A DNA stretch of 32,000 nucleotides from an uncultured Actinomycetes bacterium. Its GTDB lineage: Bacteria > Actinomycetota > Actinomycetes > S36-B12 > CAIYMF01. The stretch's first letter is position 1. Every line of letters starts with the position of its first letter. The translations under genes and the position numbers were made by a program. The stretch covers positions 960,001 to 992,000 of the forward strand of contig CAWJMG010000001.1 of the NCBI GenBank assembly GCA_963843975.1, read 5' to 3'. Shown piece after piece: positions 1 to 7,854 of the stretch. A model generated the notes under the pieces. It had not been told where the DNA came from. It did not search any database and saw only the letters and a list, made by a program, of their open reading frames with translations.

Positions 1-14
1 TGCCGACGGGTCAT
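1..14 (-). CDS. 5' end (MTRR..., 4 codons) of a minus-strand gene that runs off the window. It sits where the small pilin-like/TadE-like genes follow tadC in actinobacterial Tad-like loci.
   Basis: ATG at 14..12 is preceded by GAGGAG (25..20) with a 5-nt spacer. There is too little sequence to identify the product. Confidence 0.3.
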
Positions 15-104
15 GGGATCTCCTCGCGGTAGGTGCCGGCGACCGTCGCCGGTGGCCGCACGCTCGCCCGGACGGCGGGCGCGGTGCCGTGACCCGGGCC
101 CATT

Positions 105-142
105 CCTGTGGACGACCGCCGTCGGCGGCGGTCTGTGGAGAA
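105..142. promoter_or_regulatory. Pair of CTGTGGA-core motifs (CCTGTGGACGA at 105-115, TCTGTGGAGAA at 132-142) flanking an 8-bp-stem hairpin (114-133).
   Basis: The first copy is an exact copy of the 11-mer also found twice at 3872-3911. The pair lies in the non-coding gap between the tadC stop (217) and the next minus-strand start (14). Core-to-core spacing is 27 nt. Confidence 0.4.
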
Positions 143-216
143 CCCCGGCGATACGGGCCGGAGCGGTGGGGTCCTGCGACCGACAACGTCTGCGGCTCAC
201 CGCTTCTGCGGGCTCG

Positions 217-942
217 TCAGAGGAGCGTGGTGACCCACGACGCGACGACCGGGACGACGCCGAGCAGGACGAAGGCCGGCAGGAAGGCGAGCCCGAGCGG
301 TGCGGTCAGCCGGACTGCGGCCGTTCGGGTGCGAGCCTCGACGGCTGACCGGTGGGTGGCTCGCAGGTCGTCGGCCACGCGCGGCAGGAGGGTCGCCAGC
401 GGTGCGCCGGTTGCCGCCGAGCGGGCGGCGGCCCGGGCCAGGCCCGACAGCTCCGGCAGCTCGGCGACCGTGCGCCACACGTCGACGGGATCGGCGCCGA
501 GGCGCAGCGCGGCGGTCGCCGTCGCGAGGACATCCCCGGCGGCGCCCGGAACGGCCCGCGACGCAGCCGCGACCGCCGACTCGACCGAGGCACCGGAGGC
601 GAGGCAGGCGGCCAGCAGGTCGACGACGAGGGGCGCCTGCCGCGCGAGCTCCACCCGACGCGCGCGATCGGCGGTGGACTGCAGACGCGGCACTCCGACC
701 CAGGTGGCGGCACCGATCACCGCCCCGGCAAGGACTCCGGCAGCGCCACCCAGCAGAACCGCGACCCCGAGGGCCACGAGCGCCGCGGCCGTGCGCGCGC
801 CCGGACGCGGCAGCGCGCGCACGGACACGGCCGCAGCCCCTCGGCGAGATCCGCCCCGGACGCGCGGCACCGGCGCTCCGACGGCCACCACCACGAGCGC
901 GACGGCGAGCAGCACGGGCAGGACCGACGGCGGGCCGCTCAC
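217..942 (-). CDS. tadC: TadC-like type II secretion system F-family membrane protein.
   Basis: This is the last 241 codons of track ORF 217..1614(-). The GTG at 942 overlaps the tadB stop (GTGA). Hydrophobic N- and C-terminal helices flank an Ala/Arg-rich soluble core, as in GspF/TadC. It follows tadB and tadA. Confidence 0.7.
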   Translation of the reverse strand: MSGPPSVLPVLLAVALVVVAVGAPVPRVRGGSRRGAAAVSVRALPRPGARTAAALVALGVAVLLGGAAGVLAGAVIGAATWVGVPRLQSTADRARRVELARQAPLVVDLLAACLASGASVESAVAAASRAVPGAAGDVLATATAALRLGADPVDVWRTVAELPELSGLARAAARSAATGAPLATLLPRVADDLRATHRSAVEARTRTAAVRLTAPLGLAFLPAFVLLGVVPVVASWVTTLL

Positions 943-1598
943 AGGTCGGCCTCGAGCGAGGTGACGATGCGCCACGACCAGAGGGCGCCCACGGCCTCGA
1001 GCGCGACGCCCGCGACTAGCACTGCGACCCCCACCCCCGTGCCGAGCAACCACGAGAACGGGTCGGCACCGAGGCTCGCCCCGAGGCCCAGCCCCACGAT
1101 CGGAAGCCCGGCCAGCACCAGCGCTGTCGCGCGGGGCTCGGCCAGGCCGGCACGAAGGTCGCGACGCACCCGTTCGGATTCGCGCGCGGCATCCGCGAGC
1201 GCGGTGAGCGAGGCCGCGAGACCGGCGCCCGAGCCGTGCGCGACCTCCCAGCAGGCGGCCACCGCCCGCACCAGGTCGGACGCCGACGCATCGGTGCGCA
1301 GCGCGAGCGCGACGTCGCCACCGCTGCGCGCCGCAGCCGTGGCCGCGACCACAGCGCTCGACGGCAGCGGGGCCGACGCCGCGGCGACCACCGCTGAGGC
1401 CGGGTCGCGACCCGCACGGGTCTCGGCGGCGAGCGCCTCGACCCACTCGAGCTCGGCCCTGCGACGCTCTGCTGCCGGCACGGGCCGGCGCCAGCGCGGC
1501 GCGCTCCCGAGACCGCGTCCCCGTGCTGCCGGAGGACCGGGCACGGCGAGGAGGACGCAGAGGACGACGGCGACGGCCGAGATCAGCGCGGCCGTCAC
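939..1598 (-). CDS. tadB: TadB-like type II secretion system F-family membrane protein.
   Basis: This is the last 219 codons of track ORF 939..2522(-). The GTG at 1598 overlaps the tadA stop (GTGA). It has an N-terminal TM helix (VTAALISAVAVVLCVLLAV) and C-terminal TM helices (ALVLAGLPIVGLGLGA, GVGVAVLVAGVALEAV). Confidence 0.7.
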   Translation of the reverse strand: MTAALISAVAVVLCVLLAVPGPPAARGRGLGSAPRWRRPVPAAERRRAELEWVEALAAETRAGRDPASAVVAAASAPLPSSAVVAATAAARSGGDVALALRTDASASDLVRAVAACWEVAHGSGAGLAASLTALADAARESERVRRDLRAGLAEPRATALVLAGLPIVGLGLGASLGADPFSWLLGTGVGVAVLVAGVALEAVGALWSWRIVTSLEADL

Positions 1599-2761
1599 GG
1601 CGAGGCCGGCGCATGGTCGCCGAGGCGGGCGACGAGACGGTCGAGCGCCGGGCCGCGGACGAGCGAGCCGTCGCGTCCGCTGACGAACGCGTCGTCGAGC
1701 ACCGTCACGTCGCCGTCTCGCCGGGCGATGGACAGCGACGACCAACGGCGTACGCCGTCCCGCCCGCGCTCGAGATGCAGGACGACGTCGAGACCGGCGG
1801 CCATCTGCGCGTGCACGGCGGCGCGGTCGAGGCCGCCGGTGAGCGCAAGCGCCTCGAGCCGCGCGGGGACGTCGGCCGCGCTGTTGGCGTGGACCGTGGT
1901 GAGCCCCCCCTCGTGCCCGGTGTTGAACGCGGCGAGCATGTCGACCACCTCGGCGCCGCGGACCTCGCCCACCACCACGCGGTCGGGCCGCATCCGCAGC
2001 GACTGCCGCACCAGGTCGCGCAGTGTGATGGCGCCGGCGCCCTCGATGTTGGGCGGCCGCGACTCGAGCCTCACGACGTGCGGGTGGTCGGGCACGAGCT
2101 CGGCGGAGTCCTCCACCACGACGATGCGGTCGCGCGGGTCGCAGTGCGCGAGGAGCATCGAGACCCAGGTGGTCTTGCCAGTGCCCGTGCCTCCGCTCAC
2201 GATGACGGCGAGCCGCGCGCGGATCACCGCGAGGAGCCATGGTGCGAGGTCGGCCGGCATCGATCCGGCGGCGACGAGCTCGTCGAGGCTGAACGAGCGC
2301 CGCCTCGGGACGCGCAGGGACAGGCACGTGCCGCCCACCGATACCGGCGCGAGTACCGCGTGCAGTCGGGTGCCGTCGGAGAGACGGCCGTCGACGTAGG
2401 GCACGGCGTCGTCGAGGCGGCGCCCGCAGCTCGCGGCGAGCCGCTGCGCGAGCCGGCGTACGGCGGAGTCGTCGCGGAACCGGACGTCGACGCGCTCGAC
2501 TCCCGCGCCGCGGTCGACCCACACCTCGTCGGGCGCGGTGACGAGCACGTCGGTCACGCCGGGCATCCGCAGCAGCGGCTCGAGCGGGCCGGACCCGGAC
2601 AGCTCGGCCTGCAGCCGCTCGGCCTCGGCCAGGAGCGCATCACCTCCGAGCAGGAGGCCGTCCTCGCGCAGGGCACGCGCCACCTCGGTGGCGGTGGGCG
2701 CGAGGCCGGCGGCCAGGAGCCGCGAGCGGACGCGGTCGAGGACGTCGACGTCGCCGCTCAC
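1595..2761 (-). CDS. tadA: TadA/CpaF-type secretion ATPase (VirB11/GspE superfamily).
   Basis: 388 codons. Walker A is SGGTGTGKTT, the Walker B-like strand is IVVVEDSAEL, and the His-box is GHEGGLTTVHANS. The GTG at 2761 overlaps the ssd stop (GTGA). The upstream 272 codons of track ORF 1595..3577 are Arg/Gly-rich read-through. Confidence 0.9.
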   Translation of the reverse strand: MSGDVDVLDRVRSRLLAAGLAPTATEVARALREDGLLLGGDALLAEAERLQAELSGSGPLEPLLRMPGVTDVLVTAPDEVWVDRGAGVERVDVRFRDDSAVRRLAQRLAASCGRRLDDAVPYVDGRLSDGTRLHAVLAPVSVGGTCLSLRVPRRRSFSLDELVAAGSMPADLAPWLLAVIRARLAVIVSGGTGTGKTTWVSMLLAHCDPRDRIVVVEDSAELVPDHPHVVRLESRPPNIEGAGAITLRDLVRQSLRMRPDRVVVGEVRGAEVVDMLAAFNTGHEGGLTTVHANSAADVPARLEALALTGGLDRAAVHAQMAAGLDVVLHLERGRDGVRRWSSLSIARRDGDVTVLDDAFVSGRDGSLVRGPALDRLVARLGDHAPASP

Positions 2762-3819
2762 GCCGCGGCCCCGCGCATGCCGGTGGCCATGAGCGACTCG
2801 AGCAGTGCGGCGCAGACGCGGGCCAAGCGCCCGCCCGTGCCCGGCGGCTCCCCGCGGTCGAGCGCGGCCACGAGCTTGGCGTCGTACGCGATCTCGGCCG
2901 CGGCGGGCAGCTCGAGCCACTCGGCCAGCGCGGTGCCGTCGAGCCCGCCGCCGGGAACGTCGCGCACCACGAGCGACAGCGGCGCAGCACCCCGCAGTCG
3001 AGCCGCAGCACGCGCAGCGGACGACGCGCCGCGGATGTCGCCCGTCGCTACGAGCAGCACTGAGTCGCAAGTGGGCAGGACCCGCTCGGTCACGTGCGGC
3101 CGACCGTGCGGCAGGTCGACCACGACGAGGTCGAACGCGTGCCGCGCGCTGTCGAGGACGGGGTCGAGTGCGGCCAGCGGCAGGGACTCGCCTGCGCCGC
3201 GGTCGACGCTGAGCACGTGGACGCCGTGCGCGGAGGGAAGGGCTGCGCGCAGGCTCGCAGGGTCGAGGCCGGCCGTCACCTCTGCGAGGTCGCGCCACCG
3301 CGCCCCCACCTCGTCCTCGGCCGCCAGGAGCAGGTCGGCGCCTGGGCCGTCCGGGTCGGCGTCCACGAGGAGCACCGTGCCCCCCGAGCGCGCACCGACA
3401 ATGCACAAGGCCGCCGCGAGGACGCTCGCTCCGGCGCCGCCGCTGCCCGGGGCGACGCCCACGACGACGCCGGAGCCGGAGTCGCGCACCGCGCGCGCCA
3501 GCAGGTCGAGCAGCTGCGCCTCCCCCGCGGGCAGCGGCACCACGGCCTCGGCACCGAGGGCGAGCAGACCTCGCCATGGGATAGCGGAGTCGTCCGAGCC
3601 CGTCACCACCACGACGCCCGGTCGGCGGCGCAGCCCGGCGTCGAGGCAGCCGAGCACGGCGTCCTGCCCCACCACGACGTCGCCTGCCGCGCCCCAGGCC
3701 GCGCGTGCGTCCTGCCCGCGGGCCACCACGTCGAGCTCGCGCCCGGCAACCGCGGCCACGCGCCGCACCACGTCCTCGAGCACAGGGTCATCGGTCACCA
3801 GAAGCGTCGTCGCAGCCAT
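2758..3819 (-). CDS. ssd: CpaE-like ParA/MinD-family protein (actinobacterial 'septum site-determining' Ssd type).
   Basis: 353 codons from the ATG at 3819 (MAATTLLVTDDP...). An N-terminal receiver-like segment is followed by a P-loop-like region with a degenerate Walker A (VGVAPGSGGAGASVLAAAL) and DLVVVDLP. It is positioned immediately upstream of tadA, as for Rv3660c/Rv3659c. Confidence 0.75.
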   Translation of the reverse strand: MAATTLLVTDDPVLEDVVRRVAAVAGRELDVVARGQDARAAWGAAGDVVVGQDAVLGCLDAGLRRRPGVVVVTGSDDSAIPWRGLLALGAEAVVPLPAGEAQLLDLLARAVRDSGSGVVVGVAPGSGGAGASVLAAALCIVGARSGGTVLLVDADPDGPGADLLLAAEDEVGARWRDLAEVTAGLDPASLRAALPSAHGVHVLSVDRGAGESLPLAALDPVLDSARHAFDLVVVDLPHGRPHVTERVLPTCDSVLLVATGDIRGASSAARAAARLRGAAPLSLVVRDVPGGGLDGTALAEWLELPAAAEIAYDAKLVAALDRGEPPGTGGRLARVCAALLESLMATGMRGAAA

Positions 3820-3871
3820 GCGACCGACCGTCCCGACCACCACCCCCGCGGCCTCACAAAGCCCCACGAGA

Positions 3872-3911
3872 CCTGTGGACGAAACGCCGTACCCGACAAC
3901 CTGTGGACGAA
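3872..3911. promoter_or_regulatory. Perfect 13-bp direct repeat ACCTGTGGACGAA (3871-3883 and 3899-3911) in the ssd / HAD divergent promoter region.
   Basis: Read directly from the sequence. The two copies are 28 nt apart inside the 133-bp intergenic region. The same 11-mer core recurs at 105-115. Confidence 0.5.
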
Positions 3912-3952
3912 CGACCGCCGCTGTCGTCGCCGGACGCGCCTACCATCGACCC

Positions 3953-4759
3953 ATGTCCCGCAGCGCTGCGTTCTTCGACCTCGACAAGACGATCCTCGCC
4001 AAGTCGAGCTCGTTGGCGTTCGCACGCCCGTTCTACAAGGGCGGCCTGCTCGGGCGGGCCGACGTCCTCAAGAGCGCCTACGCGCAGTTCTCCTACGTCG
4101 CGTCCGGCGCCGACCACGACCAGCTCGAGTACATGCGCAAGTACATGTCCGACCTCGTGAGCGGCTGGGACGTCGAGACCGTCAAGCAGATCGTGTCCGA
4201 GACCCTCGACGAGATCGTCGACCCGATGGTGTACGAGGAGGCGGTCGACCTCATCGCGCACCACAAGGAGGCCGGTCGCGACGTCATCATCATCAGCTCG
4301 TCCGGCACCGAGGTCGTCGAGCCGATCGGCGAGCGCCTCGGCGTCGATCGGGCGATCGGCACACAGGTCGCGATCGAGGACGGCAAGTACACCGGCGAGA
4401 TCGTGTTCTACGCGTACGGCGAGGGCAAGGCCGAGGCCATGCGCGCCCTCGCCGAGGAGAACGGCTACGACCTCGCCGACTGCTACGCGTACACCGACTC
4501 CATGACCGACCTGCCGATGCTCGAGATCGTCGGCCACCCGGTCTGCGTCAACCCCGACGCGCCGCTCCGCAAGATCGCAGTCGAGCGCGACTGGCCGATG
4601 GTCGACTTCGCCCGGCCCGTCGCGATGAGGACGATGCGCGAGCGCCTCGCCCAGCTCAACACCGAGAAGAACCGCCGCACGGCGCTTCGAGTCGGCGCCG
4701 CGACGGTCGCCCTCGGCCTCGCCTGGTACGCCAGCCGCCGTCGCGGCTCGGCGGCGTAG
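3953..4759 (+). CDS. HAD-IB (SerB-like) family hydrolase with a C-terminal membrane anchor.
   Basis: 268 codons from the ATG at 3953. HAD motif I is FFDLDKT, followed by IIISSSG, the GEGK lysine motif and YTDSMTDLPML. The C-terminal hydrophobic helix is ALRVGAATVALGLAWYA. It is divergent from ssd, as for Rv3661. Confidence 0.85.
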   Translation: MSRSAAFFDLDKTILAKSSSLAFARPFYKGGLLGRADVLKSAYAQFSYVASGADHDQLEYMRKYMSDLVSGWDVETVKQIVSETLDEIVDPMVYEEAVDLIAHHKEAGRDVIIISSSGTEVVEPIGERLGVDRAIGTQVAIEDGKYTGEIVFYAYGEGKAEAMRALAEENGYDLADCYAYTDSMTDLPMLEIVGHPVCVNPDAPLRKIAVERDWPMVDFARPVAMRTMRERLAQLNTEKNRRTALRVGAATVALGLAWYASRRRGSAA

Positions 4760-4768
4760 CAGGCAGTC

Positions 4769-6247
4769 ATGGAACCGTCCCCTCCGGTGCACGGGTGGGG
4801 ACGCGCGCGCGGCGGCAGCGCCGACACCGGCGCGAGGTACGGCGACGCCCTCGACGGGCGGCTCGACCTCGACCGCCTCGACGACGACCAGACGCTCGCC
4901 ATCGTCGGCAGCGACGACTCGCCGCTCCTGTCCGAGCGCCTCCGCGACGCGCTCGAGAGCGCCGGCGTGCTGCCGTGGATCCGTGGTCACCGCGCTGCGA
5001 GCGGCCTCGTCGCGACGGCGGCCGTCGTCGCGCTGGTCGCCACCGGGGCATGGTGGGCTGGGCGCCCGCAGCCCCTCGCCGAACCGAGGGTCACAGTCAC
5101 GACAGGCGGCAACGAGGCCGCGCGCCTCATCGTCGACGTCGCCACCGGCGAGGTCACGGCCATCACGCAGCTCGTGCTGCTCACCTCCGACGAGAAGCCC
5201 GGCACCACCGTGAGCAGCCTGGGCGTCGTCGGCCCCGGCCTCTCCGACCCTCAGTCGCGCGTGATCGAGGCTCAGCCGCGCGACACCGTCACGGGCGCCG
5301 TCACCTCGCAGGTCGACTGCGCCGGCACCAGCACCACCGCCGAGGTCCTTGCCGCCCGCGCCTCGGACTACCGCGTCCTCATCCACCGCACGTCGAGCAC
5401 GGGCGAGGTCCGCGACGACAGCGTGCCGCTGACCGGTGGCGAGGAGTGGATGAACGCCGTCCGCGCCGCGTGCGTGCAGGTCGCGGCCGACCGCGACCTC
5501 GCCGTGGCACGCGTCGAGGCACAGCCGCTCGCGGGCAACATCGCCACCGACGTGCGCCTGCTCGTCGTCAACCGGTCCGCCACCCCGTGGCGCGCGCTGC
5601 GCGTATCGACCGCCGCCGGTCCCACGATCGTGTCGTCCGGGGCCGACGTCGACCTGCCGCCAGGCGGCCGCGCGTGGGTTCCGATCCGGCTCTGGCCCGA
5701 CGACTGCGCCGACCCGGTCGCCCCGCTCGCCGAAGGGGTGCCACTCCGCGCCACGCTCGTCGACGGCGCGGCCTCGGCCGAGACGCGCGCGCCCACGTTC
5801 ACGCTGCCGATGGACCCGGCCGCCCTCGACACCGTCGGCCGCGCCCTGATCGCCACCTGCACCGCGACCCCTCCCACGGCCACGGTCGTGCGGGCCCGCG
5901 TCGCCGGAGGCACGACCGACACCTCGGCCGGCGCCATCACCATGTACGTCGACGTCGCCGCCCCCGATGCCGAGCTCGTCGAGGTCGACGACCTCCCGGC
6001 CGGCCCGGGCGGTCGGGTGTCGGCCTTCGAGTCGCCGATGCTGGTCAGCAACGGCGTGGCCCGGCTGCACCTGCGCTGGGAGCTGCCGCAGTGCTTCGCC
6101 ATCCTCTCGGCGGGCGCGCCGGCGCTGCGCGTGCGGCTCGTCGTCGGCGACGTACGGCGGCCCTACCGGCTCGAGCTGCGCGGCGAGAGCCTGGTGGAGA
6201 ACGTCAACCGCGCGTGCGGCCGGACGGTCTCCGGAGTGGTCAAGTAG
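4769..6247 (+). CDS. Uncharacterised N-in single-pass membrane protein, tandem paralog 1 of 4.
   Basis: 492 codons with strong G/C third-position bias. It has the DGRLDLDRL motif, LPWIRGHR followed by a TM helix (LVATAAVVALVATGAWWA), a GPG motif, VDC...DYRV, and six ectodomain Cys. The start is uncertain (ATG 4769 or GTG 4787). It begins 9 nt after the HAD stop. Confidence 0.8.
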   Translation: MEPSPPVHGWGRARGGSADTGARYGDALDGRLDLDRLDDDQTLAIVGSDDSPLLSERLRDALESAGVLPWIRGHRAASGLVATAAVVALVATGAWWAGRPQPLAEPRVTVTTGGNEAARLIVDVATGEVTAITQLVLLTSDEKPGTTVSSLGVVGPGLSDPQSRVIEAQPRDTVTGAVTSQVDCAGTSTTAEVLAARASDYRVLIHRTSSTGEVRDDSVPLTGGEEWMNAVRAACVQVAADRDLAVARVEAQPLAGNIATDVRLLVVNRSATPWRALRVSTAAGPTIVSSGADVDLPPGGRAWVPIRLWPDDCADPVAPLAEGVPLRATLVDGAASAETRAPTFTLPMDPAALDTVGRALIATCTATPPTATVVRARVAGGTTDTSAGAITMYVDVAAPDAELVEVDDLPAGPGGRVSAFESPMLVSNGVARLHLRWELPQCFAILSAGAPALRVRLVVGDVRRPYRLELRGESLVENVNRACGRTVSGVVK

Positions 6248-6307
6248 CCCGGTCTCGGGTGCGCTTCGGCCCTGGCGCGCCTACCGTCGGCCCGTGGTGA
6301 TGCCGTC

Positions 6308-7807
6308 ATGACCGACGACGACCGGCTCGAGCTCGACGAGCACGGCCGCGTCCTCGACGCGTCCGGCAGCACCACGGTGCTGGACCTGACCGACCCCGAG
6401 GCGACCGAGGAGCTCACCTCCAACCCCGTCCAGCGCTGGGTCGACTCGGCCGTGTCGCCCTTCGTCGCCCGCCACCGCACGGCCGTCCGCGCGACGGCGC
6501 TCGTGGTCGGCGTGGTCCTCGTCGGCTCCGTCTGGTGGGTGTCGCGACCGCCGTACGTGCCGCCGACCTTCGACGTCGCCCTCGCCGACGCCGTGCTCGA
6601 GGGCAACTCGATCGGCGGCCCCGAGATCTCGCCCGACGGCGCCTTCTCCGTCGCGTTCGTCGCCCGTGCACGGACCATCGGCGAGACCCTGACGATCACC
6701 GGGCTCACCGGGCCCGGGCTCACCGACAGCACGGCGGAGGCATCGCCGGTCACGTCGGCCGCCGAGCAGCGTGTGGTGCTCGGGGCGCGCGTCGACTGCA
6801 CCGCGCCGGGCCTGGTGGACGCTCGGCCGTCCTCGTACCGGCTGACGGCCACCGGGGCGAGCAGCGGCGGCGACCCGGAGGCGGGCTCGGTGCCGCTGGG
6901 TCTGCCGGGCGAGGAGATCACGCGGCTCGACGAGGCGATCACCGACTGGTGCCTCGCCTCCATGGCACCGACCGCGATCACCGTCTCGTCGGTGCAGGCC
7001 ACCGCCGTGCCCGGCACGCCACTGGCCGACGTCAGCATCAGCATCGTCAACACCTCGCCCCAGCCGCTCTCCGTGCGCACCGAGCGCACGGCGGGGGTGA
7101 GCGTCGAGGTCGACCGCTCCCCGGCCGTCCTCGTCGAGCCCGGCGCCGGAGCGACCGTCGCGACGCGCGTGCTGCTGCACGACTGCGCAGCCAGCCCGGC
7201 GCTCACGCCGTTGGCCTCGCTGCGCAACCCCAACGGCGCCACGACCTCTCCGGGCCTCACGCTCGGGCTCGCCCTCGGCGACCGCACGCGCGTCGCGTCG
7301 TACGCCGTGCCCGGTGCCGACGTCCTCGCCGACCGGCTCGCGGGCGCGTGCACGGGCGCCACGGGCGTGACCGCGCGGATCGGCGACATCGGCAGCGCGG
7401 CTGTCGACGAGCGCGGGCGATGGACCGTCAACGTGCTCGTGGACGCGCGCTCCGACGGCATGGGCATGACGTTCGGCCGCGAGCACTTCAGCGGCGGCGA
7501 CTCCGGTGTCGACTCCGTGCTCACGAGCCAGACCTCGCTCGAGCGCGACGGCGAATGGACCTTCGGCCCGGCCCGGCTCGACGGCGGCGCCGGGCAGATG
7601 CTCGTGCCGGTCAGCGGGGGCAGCTGCTCGTCGGTGCCCACGGCCACCCCGCCGCGTCTCGCCGTCCGCGTTCTCATGCCCGACCGCTCAGTACACCCCT
7701 ACGAGGTGCTGGTGGACGACGTCCGGCTGCTGAGGGCCGTCGCGGCTGCCTGCGCCGTCGATCTCGACCCGGCCACGGCGAAGGCGCTCGGCTGGCGGTC
7801 GACGTGA
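6308..7807 (+). CDS. Uncharacterised N-in single-pass membrane protein, tandem paralog 2 of 4.
   Basis: 499 codons. It has DDRLELDE, FVARHR followed by a TM helix (ALVVGVVLVGSVWWV), GLTGPGL, VDC...SYRL, and six ectodomain Cys in positions equivalent to the other copies. Confidence 0.8.
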   Translation: MTDDDRLELDEHGRVLDASGSTTVLDLTDPEATEELTSNPVQRWVDSAVSPFVARHRTAVRATALVVGVVLVGSVWWVSRPPYVPPTFDVALADAVLEGNSIGGPEISPDGAFSVAFVARARTIGETLTITGLTGPGLTDSTAEASPVTSAAEQRVVLGARVDCTAPGLVDARPSSYRLTATGASSGGDPEAGSVPLGLPGEEITRLDEAITDWCLASMAPTAITVSSVQATAVPGTPLADVSISIVNTSPQPLSVRTERTAGVSVEVDRSPAVLVEPGAGATVATRVLLHDCAASPALTPLASLRNPNGATTSPGLTLGLALGDRTRVASYAVPGADVLADRLAGACTGATGVTARIGDIGSAAVDERGRWTVNVLVDARSDGMGMTFGREHFSGGDSGVDSVLTSQTSLERDGEWTFGPARLDGGAGQMLVPVSGGSCSSVPTATPPRLAVRVLMPDRSVHPYEVLVDDVRLLRAVAAACAVDLDPATAKALGWRST

Positions 7808-7854
7808 TCGCGTGCGTCGCGCGGCCGCGTCCGGTCGCGACGTAAGGTCCGGGC

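Noticed and set aside
3820-3952. Looked for the actinobacterial 6C sRNA (two hairpin loops with runs of at least 6 C), which is reported near pilus-assembly/partitioning-like genes and, as B11, near Rv3660c.
   Set aside because: The ssd-HAD intergenic region is only 133 bp. It has one C5 run (CACCCCCG, 3841-3848) and one C4 run, no G6 run for the opposite strand, and no convincing pair of C-loop hairpins. The 15-216 gap has none either.
3854-6070. 738-codon minus-strand ORF antisense to the HAD gene and paralog 1.
   Set aside because: Its composition is Arg/Gly/Asp/Ala-rich with no motifs. It lies opposite frames that carry clear HAD motifs and strong G/C third-position bias, which is the typical high-GC antisense artefact.
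1523-6300. Very long plus-strand ORFs (1523-4759, 1078 aa; 3094-6300, 1068 aa).
   Set aside because: Only the last 268 codons of 1523-4759 are a real gene (HAD, from the ATG at 3953). The rest is antisense to tadA/ssd. ORF 3094-6300 is Arg/Pro/Gly-rich throughout and overlaps better-supported genes.
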